Under the pieces are notes generated by a model. The model did not search any database. It was not told the DNA's origin and was given only the letters and a program-made list of their open reading frames with translations. A stretch of DNA of 64,000 bases from Opitutales bacterium (GTDB lineage: Bacteria; Verrucomicrobiota; Verrucomicrobiia; Opitutales; Opitutaceae): the NCBI GenBank assembly GCA_038212175.1, contig JBBQUU010000021.1, positions 1,969 through 65,968 on the forward strand, given 5' to 3'. The first letter of the stretch is position 1, and each line of letters opens with the position of its first letter. This document shows positions 35,450 to 44,548 of this stretch, piece after piece. Position numbers and translations under genes: made by a program.

Positions 35450-35725
35450 TCACCGAATCGAAAAGCCCTGAAACTGCGGCCCGCGTTTTGCGCTGCGCCG
35501 CTCGGTTTTTCGGATATAGCCGTGCAGGCGTTCCTCGACTGCCGCGACAAACGCGGCGACCTCGGCGGGGGAACCCTCCGCCTCCAACTGCACCCGCCCG
35601 TCAGGCAGATTTTGCACGCAGCCCGTCACCTCAAACTCCTTCGCGACCTGCAGGGTTTGATAACGGAAGCCGACGCCTTGCACACGACCTGCGAAAAACA
35701 CCGTCTCGAGATGCACTTCGACCAT
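35450..35725 (-). CDS. acyP: Acylphosphatase
   Basis: 91 aa with the GRVQGVGFRY signature. Confidence 0.85.
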   Translation of the reverse strand: MVEVHLETVFFAGRVQGVGFRYQTLQVAKEFEVTGCVQNLPDGRVQLEAEGSPAEVAAFVAAVEERLHGYIRKTERRSAKRGPQFQGFSIR

Positions 35726-35772
35726 AGGGGATGACGGACCTTACGTGCGCCTCCGCCCCCGGTTCAATCCGT

Positions 35773-35806
35773 AAAAAAAACCGGCGCGAATCCGTGCCGG
35801 CTTTTT
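35773..35806. terminator. Bidirectional intrinsic-terminator-like hairpin in a divergent intergenic region
   Basis: A8 tract, 7-bp stem ccggcgc/gtgccgg (one G-U pair), 6-nt loop, then cttttt. No convergent gene on either side. Confidence 0.35.
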
Positions 35807-35864
35807 CGTTGCATTTTGGACCTTCCCTCCCAACTTGCTGAAAGGTCCCTGACCTTCTTTTTTA

Positions 35865-36569
35865 ATGAGCAATTTTGATCCCAACGGCCCCTCCGACAAC
35901 GAGTGGGAAGATCGAGGCGAGTTGGCATGGAACGAGTTCGACTGGGAAAACTACCTGCGCGAACAAGACGAAGTCATCCACCGCTACATCGGTCACTACG
36001 AAAAACTGAAGGGGCATTCGGAGCGCATCGACGAGGTGGCGCACCGCATGGGTTGGGATGAAGACAACTGGAGTTCCGACGCCGATTTCGAGTCGGGGTC
36101 CACCGAGGTGGTGGACGCACCGACGGACAACGAGGCGCCGTCCGATTTCGATGCCGAACCGTACACCCTGCACAAGAATCCCGTCTTCATCGCGACGAAG
36201 GGAATCTACCTGGGTCTGAAACGCGCGTGGGAACGGCTCGCCGGCGATGGTTCGCGCGTGCCGCAGTCGCTCGCCCTCCGTTTCCACGCTTCGTTGTATC
36301 GCGGCGAGGAACAGGCGATGCTTGCGATCCAGGCGCTCGACTTTGGCGACTACGCGATGGCGATCAGTCTCTTCAAGCGTTCGCTACGCGAGCTCAACCA
36401 ATCGCTCGCCCTCATCGCCGCCGAGTCGGCCGACGAAAGCCGCGGTCTCAAGCACTATCGGGAGGACGCCGTGCCGCGTCTGTTCGATTTGCGCGAAGTC
36501 TGGCTTCGCGTGATGAACGAGTGCCGCGCCGAGCTCGAACGCCCGGCTGACAGCGACGACGAGAGCTGA
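35865..36569 (+). CDS. Hypothetical acidic protein
   Basis: 234-aa ORF with coherent coding character (MSNFDPNGPSDNEWEDRGELAWNEFDWENYLREQDEVIHRYIGHYEKL...). I do not recognise a family. Confidence 0.6.
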   Translation: MSNFDPNGPSDNEWEDRGELAWNEFDWENYLREQDEVIHRYIGHYEKLKGHSERIDEVAHRMGWDEDNWSSDADFESGSTEVVDAPTDNEAPSDFDAEPYTLHKNPVFIATKGIYLGLKRAWERLAGDGSRVPQSLALRFHASLYRGEEQAMLAIQALDFGDYAMAISLFKRSLRELNQSLALIAAESADESRGLKHYREDAVPRLFDLREVWLRVMNECRAELERPADSDDES

Positions 36570-36796
36570 GTCGAACGTCCGTCCGCCCATGGGGCGAGAC
36601 AGGTGCTTCCTGGGCCGCATCGCTTCTGCTGAATCCGCACGGCTAAGCGAAGGCTCACGTTCTTGACCACGAGGACGTTGTGGCCCGTGGGGCAAATGCC
36701 ATGGGGCCTGCGGGCCTGGACGTAGGGGAATTCCCCATGGCAATTCATCGAACGCCGCCCCATTCCAGAGTCGTTTGGCATTTGGTAAAGTGATGC

Positions 36797-37486
36797 ATGG
36801 TCGCTTCAAACGTAAACCAATCCTCCTCCCTCCGCCGCTCCCCCGCCCACCCGGTAAAGCCTGTGGGACCAGCCAAGACCCAGTCCGACGAAGTTTCGGA
36901 CGCCGTGCTTGTTCAACTGTTCAAAGCGGGCGACGAGTCCGCCTTCCTCGAGATCATGGCGCGCCACCACCGCCGCCTTCACTCGGTTGCCGAGAAAATT
37001 CTCAACAACCACGCCGACGCCGAAGAAATCACCCAGGACGTTTTTGTCCGCGCCTATCGGGGTCTGGCCTCGTTTCGCGGCGACTCCTCGCTCGCCACGT
37101 GGCTGCACCGCATTACCATGAACCTCGCGCGCAATCGCTACTGGTATTTTTTCCGCCGCCGGCGGCACAACACCGTCTCTCTCGACAGTCCCTGCAGCCC
37201 CGACAGCACGGAGACCCGCTTCAACCTGACGGCGAGCGACGCCCTCGATCCTTCCGACGAGACGGCCAACAACGAGTACGATGAATGGGTGAAGATCTGC
37301 TTCGTCCAGCTGGAGGAACCTCACCAGGAAATCCTGCGGCTGCGCAACTCGCTCGATCTTTCCTACGACGAGATTGCCCGTCAACTCAGCATCAAGATTG
37401 GCACGGTCAAGAGCCGCATCGCCCGCGCCCGCGAAGACCTGAGGGCGTTGCTCTCACAAACCTGCCCCGAGCTGATGCGCAAGTAG
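36797..37486 (+). CDS. ECF-type RNA polymerase sigma-70 family factor
   Basis: Region 2 DAEEITQDVFVRAYRGLASFRGDSSLATWLHRITMNLARN. Region 4 LSYDEIARQLSIKIGTVKSRIARARE. Confidence 0.85.
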   Translation: MVASNVNQSSSLRRSPAHPVKPVGPAKTQSDEVSDAVLVQLFKAGDESAFLEIMARHHRRLHSVAEKILNNHADAEEITQDVFVRAYRGLASFRGDSSLATWLHRITMNLARNRYWYFFRRRRHNTVSLDSPCSPDSTETRFNLTASDALDPSDETANNEYDEWVKICFVQLEEPHQEILRLRNSLDLSYDEIARQLSIKIGTVKSRIARAREDLRALLSQTCPELMRK

Positions 37487-37568
37487 GCGGGAAATCCGCG
37501 CGCCTCCCGGGACTGGACTGCCCCTCGCTCTCGTGATGTTGGGTTCTAAACCGCCCGATCACAACCGT

Positions 37569-37590
37569 AGCCGGCCTGCGCAGGCCGGCT
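37569..37590 (+). terminator. Hairpin downstream of the sigma factor gene
   Basis: agccggcctg/caggccggct palindrome followed by cttctct. The U-tract is weak. Confidence 0.4.
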
Positions 37591-37620
37591 CTTCTCTGCC
37601 CGAATCCCTACACTGGAGTA

Positions 37621-38166
37621 GTGGCAGCGTCTGATACCGCCTTCGATCCGCCCGCACTAAACTTTCTCAACATGAGTTTCACATCGGGCAGTACGGAACC
37701 GGTCGATCCGCACCACCCTCTTCGGTCGGAGAGTGACGCATACGCGGTGAGGCACGCCGAGACGGCCACCCAACATCGATCCGCGCCTCCCACCGCTCGC
37801 CCTATGCGGCGGGTGTTGGTGGCGGATGACGAAACTCACATCCGGGACCTGGCGGAGCTTGTGCTCCGAAACTCGGGGCTGGAGGTCGACTGCGCCCGCG
37901 ATGGCGAGGCGGCATGGGAGCGTTTGTCCAGCAACCGGTATGACTTGGTGATCACCGATCATGACATGCCCCTGCTCAAGGGATTGGATTTAATCGCGAG
38001 GATCAAAAAGGAGTCGATCGCAGTGCCCGTTATTCTCATGTCGGGCACCATTGGCTCTTCGTCCCAGGAGTTGGCGGGAAGAGCAAGGCCCGACGGGTTT
38101 CTACCCAAGCCTTTCTCCGTCGCCATGCTCCTTGCCCTCGCCTCCGACTACTTGGAGATGCGCTAG
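37621..38166 (+). CDS. Single-domain response regulator (start uncertain; receiver begins at MRRVLVADDE, ATG 37804)
   Basis: RRVLVADDETHIRD...DLVITDHDMPLLKGLDLIARIK...PVILMSG...LPKPF. Confidence 0.8.
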   Translation: MAASDTAFDPPALNFLNMSFTSGSTEPVDPHHPLRSESDAYAVRHAETATQHRSAPPTARPMRRVLVADDETHIRDLAELVLRNSGLEVDCARDGEAAWERLSSNRYDLVITDHDMPLLKGLDLIARIKKESIAVPVILMSGTIGSSSQELAGRARPDGFLPKPFSVAMLLALASDYLEMR

Positions 38167-38256
38167 CATCCTGTCGGACTTAGCTTCAACGGCCTCGGTT
38201 GACGAGAGATGATGGGGCGTGCGCGGCTGGCCTTGCCGACAGGCTGCTAAACGAAA

Positions 38257-38545
38257 ATGCCCGGGGCATTCTCGATAAAAATCGAGTCGGAGGCCGGGCA
38301 GTTATGTTTCATTATCGATGTGGTCGAGTTGCTCGACCTGCGTGCGGTCCAGCTCAACACCCGCGGAACCGGCGGCGCCCAGTATCCGCCGACCATGCTC
38401 CTTGGCTTGCTGGTCTACAGCCATGCGACCGGCACCTTCGGTTCCCGTCGGATTCGAGCAGGAGTTGAAGCTGGCCAAGTTCGGCCAGGTGAGCGTGAGC
38501 ATCGACGGGGCCAAGATCCTGGCCAACAGAAAATCCACCCAGGCG
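38257..38545 (+). pseudogene. IS5/IS1182-type transposase remnant (N-terminal piece plus an out-of-frame internal piece)
   Basis: LNTRGTGGAQYPPTMLLGLLVYSHATGTFGSRRI resembles the DUF772-type transposase N-terminus. In another frame, LAKFGQVSVSIDGAKILAN resembles the DDE-region motif. No intact ORF or inverted repeats seen. Confidence 0.55.
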
Positions 38546-38619
38546 CCGCGCTTCGCGCGGCTGCCCGTTGGCGCAGGCACTCCCTTCGCCGCATCGGAAT
38601 ATTCGAGAGCGCGTGACGC

Positions 38620-38650
38620 AAAAAAAGACCGCAGGCAAGGCCTGCGGTCT
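38620..38650 (-). terminator. Strong intrinsic terminator for the PRC-barrel gene
   Basis: Perfect 11-bp stem agaccgcaggc/gcctgcggtct with a 3-nt loop, followed on the minus strand by T7. Confidence 0.8.
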
Positions 38651-38692
38651 TTCGAGTCTGTGGAAAGCTTCTACAGCTTTGTCCGAGGATGA

Positions 38693-39484
38693 TTAACGAG
38701 TGCTCGACACGCTGCCGGCCTGCTTGCCTTCACGCAAAGCCTTCCATTCATCTTCGGTGACGTTAAGGCGGATTTCCTTCTTGTCGGAATCAAAATTGAT
38801 TTTCGACATCGGAACGCGGATGAGGTCGTTGCCAATACCCATCAGGCCGCCCGTGGACACAATGACGGCAGGTTGTTGCATGCCGTGCATGGAACCCATG
38901 GCCGAGCGTCCATCCGCTGCGAGAGAGCCGGAAGAACGGGCACCTGTCGTGCCGGTCTCTGAATAGTTGGAATCCCGGGAGGTGGATGGCGACGTGTTCG
39001 AGGTTGAACCGGTTGTTCCCCTGGCGGCGGATGCCGTCGTGTTCGAGGTTGAACCGGTTGAGCCCTTGGCGGCGGATGCCGAGGTGTTGGAGGTTGAGCC
39101 CCGGTTGGCGGATGCCGACGTGTTGGAGGTTGAGCCCCCACGCATGTCGGTTTTCCCCATGGACAGCGACGACGAGAGGACCACGTCCACCACCGAGCCG
39201 ACCTTCTTGCCGTCCGAACCATTAACGTCCATGCCGATCAAGGTCTTGGCCGTCAATTGGTTATCGAGCTGATCGCTGGTGATCCGCTGGAGGTGGCCGC
39301 CGCTCGCATCGCTGGCGGAATAGCCGGGCGACGACATCGTGCGGTCATGGGAAGACGGCGTGGATGACGGTTTGGTGGAAGACGAGCCGGCTTGGGCGAA
39401 CGCGAGGCAAGGCAGCGCAAGCGCAACAGCAGGTGTGAGAATCGAACGAACGAGTGTGTGTTTCATAGGAGTTTTAATGTGCAT
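38693..39484 (-). CDS. Secreted PRC-barrel-domain protein with Ser/Thr-rich tandem repeats (alternative start MKHTLV at 39466)
   Basis: Signal peptide ...LALPCLAFAQAG, then LIGMDVNGSDGKKVGSVVDVVL (PRC-like), GSTSNTSASA-type repeats, and C-terminal VIVSTGGLMGIGNDLIRVPMSKINFD. Confidence 0.7.
   Translation of the reverse strand: MHIKTPMKHTLVRSILTPAVALALPCLAFAQAGSSSTKPSSTPSSHDRTMSSPGYSASDASGGHLQRITSDQLDNQLTAKTLIGMDVNGSDGKKVGSVVDVVLSSSLSMGKTDMRGGSTSNTSASANRGSTSNTSASAAKGSTGSTSNTTASAARGTTGSTSNTSPSTSRDSNYSETGTTGARSSGSLAADGRSAMGSMHGMQQPAVIVSTGGLMGIGNDLIRVPMSKINFDSDKKEIRLNVTEDEWKALREGKQAGSVSSTR
38984..39139. repeat. In-frame coding tandem repeat (units 45, 45, 36, 30 bp)
   Basis: ggatgNcgNNgtgttNgaggttgaNcc... 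repeated four times. Encodes the STSNTSASA(A/N)(K/R)GST repeats on the minus strand. Confidence 0.85.
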
Positions 39485-39881
39485 TTGGTTATTGAGTTCC
39501 GTGTGAGTGCATTAGCACTCGGGTAACTCGCTTTGACGCCATGAGATTAAACCAAATCGGGCTGCGTGGACATCAGGGGGAGCGAGGAGAGGGCAATAGA
39601 GGAGAACACGCGCGACCCACCCGGGCTTCGCGACGGCCGGGCAACCTGAGGTTGACCCTTTCGCGGAACGCTGGACTTTAAACGAGTGTGCTTCACCTGT
39701 CCACCGCCGGAGCGATGGGACAACCTATTTTTACACCCATGACAGCCTTCTCCCCTACGAGTCACGGCGCGTTCGGGAAGGTGTTGCTCCGGCTTGGAAA
39801 TTCCCCGCAAGGGCAGACTTCCCCTTTATCAGCAAGACGTTCCACTCATCAACCGTTCCTGGCCAGCCACCGACGAACTCC

Positions 39882-40460
39882 GTGGATGTGACGAAGAATA
39901 CAGCCCATCGTTGGCCTCCAACACTCCGCTACCTGTGGGCCGTGACAATGGTCGCCGTGACGACCGCATGCGCCTGCCCCGCCCAAAGCCCTCCGACCGA
40001 AGGCTCGGCCAAGGCCGTGTTCCTCTTCCATTTGACCCAATTCGTCATTTGGCCGGAAAAGGAGGAGGAGCGCGAGTTTCGCGTGGGCATTCTGGGGCCT
40101 GATCCGTTTGGGCCGGCATTGGAAGAAGTGTTCCGAGGCGAGACGGCGGGAGGACGTCCCATCGTGATCCGCCGGGCGAATACGGCCGCCGCCCTTGCAG
40201 ACTCGGACCTGGTGTACGTGAGTCCGCGGGCGCGCGAGTCGTTGGAGCGGATTCTCCGCGTCTTTCGCGGCAGGGCTGTACTGACCGTGGGCGAAGAGCG
40301 TGAGTTTTTGGATACGGGTGGGATCGTCCGTTTCGCGCGCGCCCCGACGGAGAGGATTCGCCTCGAAATCGACCGCAACCATGCGAAGGCCTCCGGTCTG
40401 CGCATCAGCGCCCAGTTGCTGCGGGTCGCCGATGTCAGAGGAGAGGTGGATGTACCATGA
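39882..40460 (+). CDS. YfiR-family (DUF4154) periplasmic protein
   Basis: AVFLFHLTQFVIWPE, FRVGILGPDPFG, VLTVGE...FLDTGGIVRF, LEIDRNHAKASGLRISAQLLRVA. Confidence 0.7.
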   Translation: MDVTKNTAHRWPPTLRYLWAVTMVAVTTACACPAQSPPTEGSAKAVFLFHLTQFVIWPEKEEEREFRVGILGPDPFGPALEEVFRGETAGGRPIVIRRANTAAALADSDLVYVSPRARESLERILRVFRGRAVLTVGEEREFLDTGGIVRFARAPTERIRLEIDRNHAKASGLRISAQLLRVADVRGEVDVP

Positions 40461-41896
40461 GCATGCGTGACTGGCCCATGGCCCGGAAATTTTTTGCCAG
40501 CACGGTGGCCATCACGCTGACGGCGCTGGCCTTCAGCGCCGCATTCTTGCTGGTGATCGAGAAAAAGAAACAACGAGAGATCATCCTGCGGCATACCCGC
40601 ACGGTGGTCGGAATGGTGGCGAACAACGCCGTGGCCGCCCTGGTCTACGATGACGAGACGGTCGCCCGGCAGATCCTGCTCACGGCCAGCGCCGATCCCA
40701 ACCTGCTCGTTGCGGCACTGTACGACGCTTCCGGCGAGCTCTATGCTTGGTACCCTCGCGCTCATCCACGGGAAGACCTGCCCCGGGCCCCTCACGGTGC
40801 TCAAGCGATCTTCAGCTTGAACCATCTCGACTCCTTTGCACCTGTGATGGTGAACGGACGCAACGTGGGCACGGCCTTGATTCGCTCCGACCTGAAGGCA
40901 ATGTACGACCGCTTTGATCGCTATGTCATGACCGTCGCCGCCATCGCGATCGCCGCGCTGGGAATCGTGTTCCTCCTCTCGCGTGGCGTGGAACGATGGA
41001 TCACCCGTCCACTCGGCTCCCTCGCCGAGGCGGCCCAGGCGATTGCACGAGGGGGCGATTACGGCATCCGCGTCGAAAAACAAGCTGAGGACGAAGTCGG
41101 CGCCGTGGTGGATGCTTTCAATCGCATGGTGCGCGAGATCGAGATCTCGCACGAAAAAATCCGCGCCCACACCACGAACCTCGAGAGCGAAGTGGAAGCC
41201 CGCACCGCCCAACTGACGGAAATCATCGGAGAGCTGGAATCGTTTTCGTATAGCATCTCTCACGACATGCGTGCGCCCCTTCGGGCGATGAAGACCTATG
41301 CGGACCTGCTGCTCACCGACCTGGCGCCTAGCCTGGATGCGGACAGCGCACACCAACTTGCCCGGATCAAGCATAACGCCGCACGCCTGGAGTTGCTCGT
41401 GCGTGACATCCTCGCCTACAGCCGGATGAACAAGGAGCGGCTCGAACTCCGCCCCATCGAGCTGGCGTCTTTCCTGCCTCCCGTGATCGAGCAATTCCAG
41501 CACGATTCGAAAGCTCCCGTCATCCACCTCAACCCGCCCCTGCCGGCAGTGAAGGCGCACGAAGCCTACCTCTCGCAAATCTTCACCAACTTGATCAGCA
41601 ATGCGGTCAAGTTCACCGCGCCCAACGTCACTCCGGTCATTGAGATCAGCGCGATCAACGAAGGGTCGGACGTGAGGATCTACGTACGCGACAATGGCAT
41701 CGGCATCGCTGAAGCGCACTTCGACCGGATCTTCGAGATCTTCGGCAGGGTCCACGGCGAATCGACCTACGAGGGCACCGGCATCGGGCTCGCCATTGTG
41801 AAGAAGGCCGTGCAACGCCTGGGCGGAAGCATTGTAGTCAGCTCGCAAAGCGGCCGCGGAACCTGCTTCGAAATCATACTGGCGAACGGCCGCTGA
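40457..41896 (+). CDS. Sensor histidine kinase (periplasmic sensor - HAMP - HisKA - HATPase)
   Basis: Two TM segments, then HAMP (ITRPLGSLAEAAQAIARGGDYG), H-box FSYSISHDMRAPL, and G-boxes DNGIGI and GTGIGLAIV. 4-bp overlap with the YfiR-like gene. Confidence 0.85.
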   Translation: MSMRDWPMARKFFASTVAITLTALAFSAAFLLVIEKKKQREIILRHTRTVVGMVANNAVAALVYDDETVARQILLTASADPNLLVAALYDASGELYAWYPRAHPREDLPRAPHGAQAIFSLNHLDSFAPVMVNGRNVGTALIRSDLKAMYDRFDRYVMTVAAIAIAALGIVFLLSRGVERWITRPLGSLAEAAQAIARGGDYGIRVEKQAEDEVGAVVDAFNRMVREIEISHEKIRAHTTNLESEVEARTAQLTEIIGELESFSYSISHDMRAPLRAMKTYADLLLTDLAPSLDADSAHQLARIKHNAARLELLVRDILAYSRMNKERLELRPIELASFLPPVIEQFQHDSKAPVIHLNPPLPAVKAHEAYLSQIFTNLISNAVKFTAPNVTPVIEISAINEGSDVRIYVRDNGIGIAEAHFDRIFEIFGRVHGESTYEGTGIGLAIVKKAVQRLGGSIVVSSQSGRGTCFEIILANGR

Positions 41897-42027
41897 AAGT
41901 TCCGCCTCGGGCGCCCATCGATTCGGCTCATACCGGCGGCTTCATTCCCTCGCGCGATCCCCGGGGCATCCCTCCGTGACAGACCCGATGCCGCGGTCAT
42001 CGGCGAGGCGGTAATCTGTCCAATCCT

Positions 42028-42981
42028 ATGACGCCTACGTCTCTCCAGCCTTCACCCAGCGGCCATCTGACCGTCCGGGTCGGCTGCAAACTCATCTATC
42101 AAGTACGCGAACCCACCGCCGCGCTCCTTTGCCTTCGGGTTCGGTTGAACCCGCAGCAGACGCTCATCGGTGAAAGTCTGACGTTTGCCGGGGGGGCGCT
42201 GGCCTCTCCGACCTACACCGATCCGCATGGGAACACCGTCAATCGCATCCTCCTCCCTCCCGGACCGATCGAAATCGTTCACGACGCCGTCGTCACGGTC
42301 CTGCCCGAGCTGGACAACTTCGACCATCAAGGCCCGGCCGCCGTGCCTCCCGAGCGTCTGCCCGACGAGGTCCTGCGCTACACGTTGCCCAGCCGGTACT
42401 GCGATTTCGACAAACTTCTCCAATTCGCGTGGGACCGCTTCAGCCCCTTCGAGCCGGGCCTGCCCCGGGTGCATGCCATCAGTGACTGGCTCCACCACAA
42501 CATTGAGTATCGTTTTGGCTCGGGCAGCCCTGACCTCACGGCATGGGACATCATTCAGCGAGGCCATGGGGTCTGTCGCGACTTCGCCCACATGATCATC
42601 GCGCTCTCACGCGCCATGAACATGCCGGCGCGCTATGTCGTCGGGCATCTCCCCGACATCGGATACGAAGATCCAGGCACACCCATGGACTTCCATGCCT
42701 ATGCCGAAGTCTACCTCGAAGGCGGATGGTATACGATCGATCCCCGTTATAATGTGCCCCGCATCGGCCGCGTAACCGTCTCCCAAGGTCTCGACGCGGC
42801 AAACTGCGCCTTCACGACGAGCTTCGGGCCTCTCCCTCTCAATCATTTCGAAGTGTGGGCATATCAAGTCGAACCCGGCACCGTTCGCACCGGGGATCCG
42901 ATCGACTTGTCCGTGCGGTTGGACGGAACGCCAGAAATTCGGCCTGCGAAATCCGATCCTAGCAGTTTGGTGCAGGCATAA
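42028..42981 (+). CDS. Transglutaminase-family protein (Bact_transglu_N + transglutaminase core)
   Basis: GHGVCRDFAHMIIALSRAMNMPARYVVGHL...FHAYAEVYLEGGWYTIDP (Cys-His-Asp core). Confidence 0.8.
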   Translation: MTPTSLQPSPSGHLTVRVGCKLIYQVREPTAALLCLRVRLNPQQTLIGESLTFAGGALASPTYTDPHGNTVNRILLPPGPIEIVHDAVVTVLPELDNFDHQGPAAVPPERLPDEVLRYTLPSRYCDFDKLLQFAWDRFSPFEPGLPRVHAISDWLHHNIEYRFGSGSPDLTAWDIIQRGHGVCRDFAHMIIALSRAMNMPARYVVGHLPDIGYEDPGTPMDFHAYAEVYLEGGWYTIDPRYNVPRIGRVTVSQGLDAANCAFTTSFGPLPLNHFEVWAYQVEPGTVRTGDPIDLSVRLDGTPEIRPAKSDPSSLVQA

Positions 42982-43369
42982 CGCCCCTTGGGGAAAATCA
43001 AGGCACGTGAAACCTTGCGCGCTTTGCTAAGCCAGGATTGCCCGGACTTTGCGCGGCGGACCGTGTCGGCGTCCGAGCGGGGATGAAATCCGGGTGAGGA
43101 TCGAGGATCCGGCTCCGGTCGGCCCCGCCCCAATGACCGCCAAGGTGGCAAGCACCTGCCGGCCGGGCCGGGTCGCGCTCCGTTTCCGCCCGCTAAAGCG
43201 CCAGAAGCACGTTGCGTCGGATCAAAAGGGCTTCCAATCGACGACCGTCACCCGCGCGAGGCGGGCTGTAATTCGCGGCAGAAGGCGAGCCCGGCAAAAC
43301 CGGCGCCGAGCACGCCCCATGAGGCAGCCCGGACACGGATTCGGCGAGGGTCGGGCACCACAGGCGAAC

Positions 43370-43687
43370 TCAGTTGCGCCGGAGCAGAACGCCGATGAGC
43401 ACACCCACCCCCAGCGAAACGGCCATCGCTTCGTAAGGATGGCTGCGGATCGCCTCATCAGCCCGCTTCGCCCGAACCACGACCTGTTCGCCACTTCGGT
43501 GGAGAACATCGTCGACGTCACTCCGCAGATGGCCGAAACGGTCACGCAGGGTGCTCCAGATTTTCTTACTCTCCTCGGTGACGCCATGGGCGAGCGACCG
43601 TTCAGCGTCGCTCAAGAGGACACGTAATTGATGGAGCAATTCGGCGGGTGTGGGATCCTGGGCAAGGGAGGCGATTTTCTTTTTCAT
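43370..43687 (-). CDS. DUF883 (ElaB/YqjD-like) membrane-anchored stress protein
   Basis: 105 aa from MKKKIASL. Helical N-terminal part and C-terminal anchor HPYEAMAVSLGVGVLIGVLLRRN. Confidence 0.7.
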   Translation of the reverse strand: MKKKIASLAQDPTPAELLHQLRVLLSDAERSLAHGVTEESKKIWSTLRDRFGHLRSDVDDVLHRSGEQVVVRAKRADEAIRSHPYEAMAVSLGVGVLIGVLLRRN

Positions 43688-43935
43688 GTAATGAATTTTA
43701 ATTGGGTCTTCGTTGAGGTGGTTGGCGCAGCGCCTCTCCGGCCCTGCGTGAGGGCTGCCAGACTTTACGCGGTCAACGCGGCCTGCGGGATCGGGTGAGT
43801 GAGAGCAAACATCATGGGGGATTTCCAAGCACGGGTCTGCTGCCCGGCAGCCGCCCCGCCCTGTGGCTCCCCGGTTCAAGGATGGGGGCGGGCTCCGATA
43901 CCCAGCGATTCCGGTTGCCGTTATAGTGGTGCTTA

Positions 43936-44445
43936 ATGCACGCCCAATCCGTTGCTTACGCCCGGCCTTCGTTCGTCCCTGTTCTTGCAGCTCCGCGCCT
44001 TACGCGATCAACCTCGGCGACGCGCAAACCGAATGCGTTTCCTGGGGCAGCCATCCCGAGCCGGGATTCCGAACGCCTGATCGGCAAGAGGATTCTCGTC
44101 GTCGAAGATGACGCCACGGTCCGAACACTGGTGCACCGGATTTTGGTGAATACCGGTTACCACGTGGACTGCGCGGTGAACGGGGAAGAGGGTTGGGAGG
44201 CGTTGCGCCAATATCCGTACGATCTGATGATCACGGATCATGAAATGCCCCTACTGACGGGTTTGGATCTGATCGCGAGGCTGCGCCACGCAGCGTTTTC
44301 TCTCCCTGTGATACTGATGTCGGGTGCCGTTGTGACGGCATCCCTTGCGAACCTGGATGAAAATCAACCCAGCGTTTTCCTGCAAAAACCATTCTCGATC
44401 GACGAATTGGTGCGCGAGGTCGAACATCAACTCATTGCGGCCTGA
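43936..44445 (+). CDS. Single-domain response regulator (paralog of 37621..38166; ~50-aa N-terminal extension, start uncertain)
   Basis: KRILVVEDDATVRT...DLMITDHEMPLLTGLDLIARLR...PVILMSG...LQKPF. Confidence 0.8.
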   Translation: MHAQSVAYARPSFVPVLAAPRLTRSTSATRKPNAFPGAAIPSRDSERLIGKRILVVEDDATVRTLVHRILVNTGYHVDCAVNGEEGWEALRQYPYDLMITDHEMPLLTGLDLIARLRHAAFSLPVILMSGAVVTASLANLDENQPSVFLQKPFSIDELVREVEHQLIAA

Positions 44446-44548
44446 CCGCTGGGCGTCCCGCCTAGGCCGCGTACTCCTCTTCCCCTGACGCGATCTCCGA
44501 GGGCGGCGTTTCCTTGTGCTGCAGCCCTTCCCCCTCCACGCTTCCGCA

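Noticed and set aside
35726-35864. A replication origin at the strand-polarity switch: genes are mostly minus to the left and mostly plus to the right of ~35.75 kb.
   Set aside because: I found no DnaA-box-like TTATCCACA motifs, no AT-rich unwinding element and no dnaA/dnaN nearby. The spacer is only 140 bp, and the polarity pattern can be explained by a few long operons.
39929-41848. Long antisense ORFs: 39929..41848(-), 29175..30731(+), 30735..32330(+), 55269..56504(+), 17871..19514(+), 1028..1924(-), 21219..22124(+), 45061..45960(-) and others.
   Set aside because: Each lies opposite a gene with clear family motifs and has an Arg/Gly/His/Pro-rich composition with no recognisable domains. 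They are high-GC shadow ORFs.
43222-43369. A possible 37-codon hydrophobic ORF (VVPDPRRIRVRAASWGVLGAGFAGLAFCRELQPASRG) just downstream of the DUF883 gene, reminiscent of yqjD-yqjE-type pairs.
   Set aside because: It has only a GTG start, no recognisable family motif and a single weak hydrophobic stretch, so I cannot support it from sequence alone.
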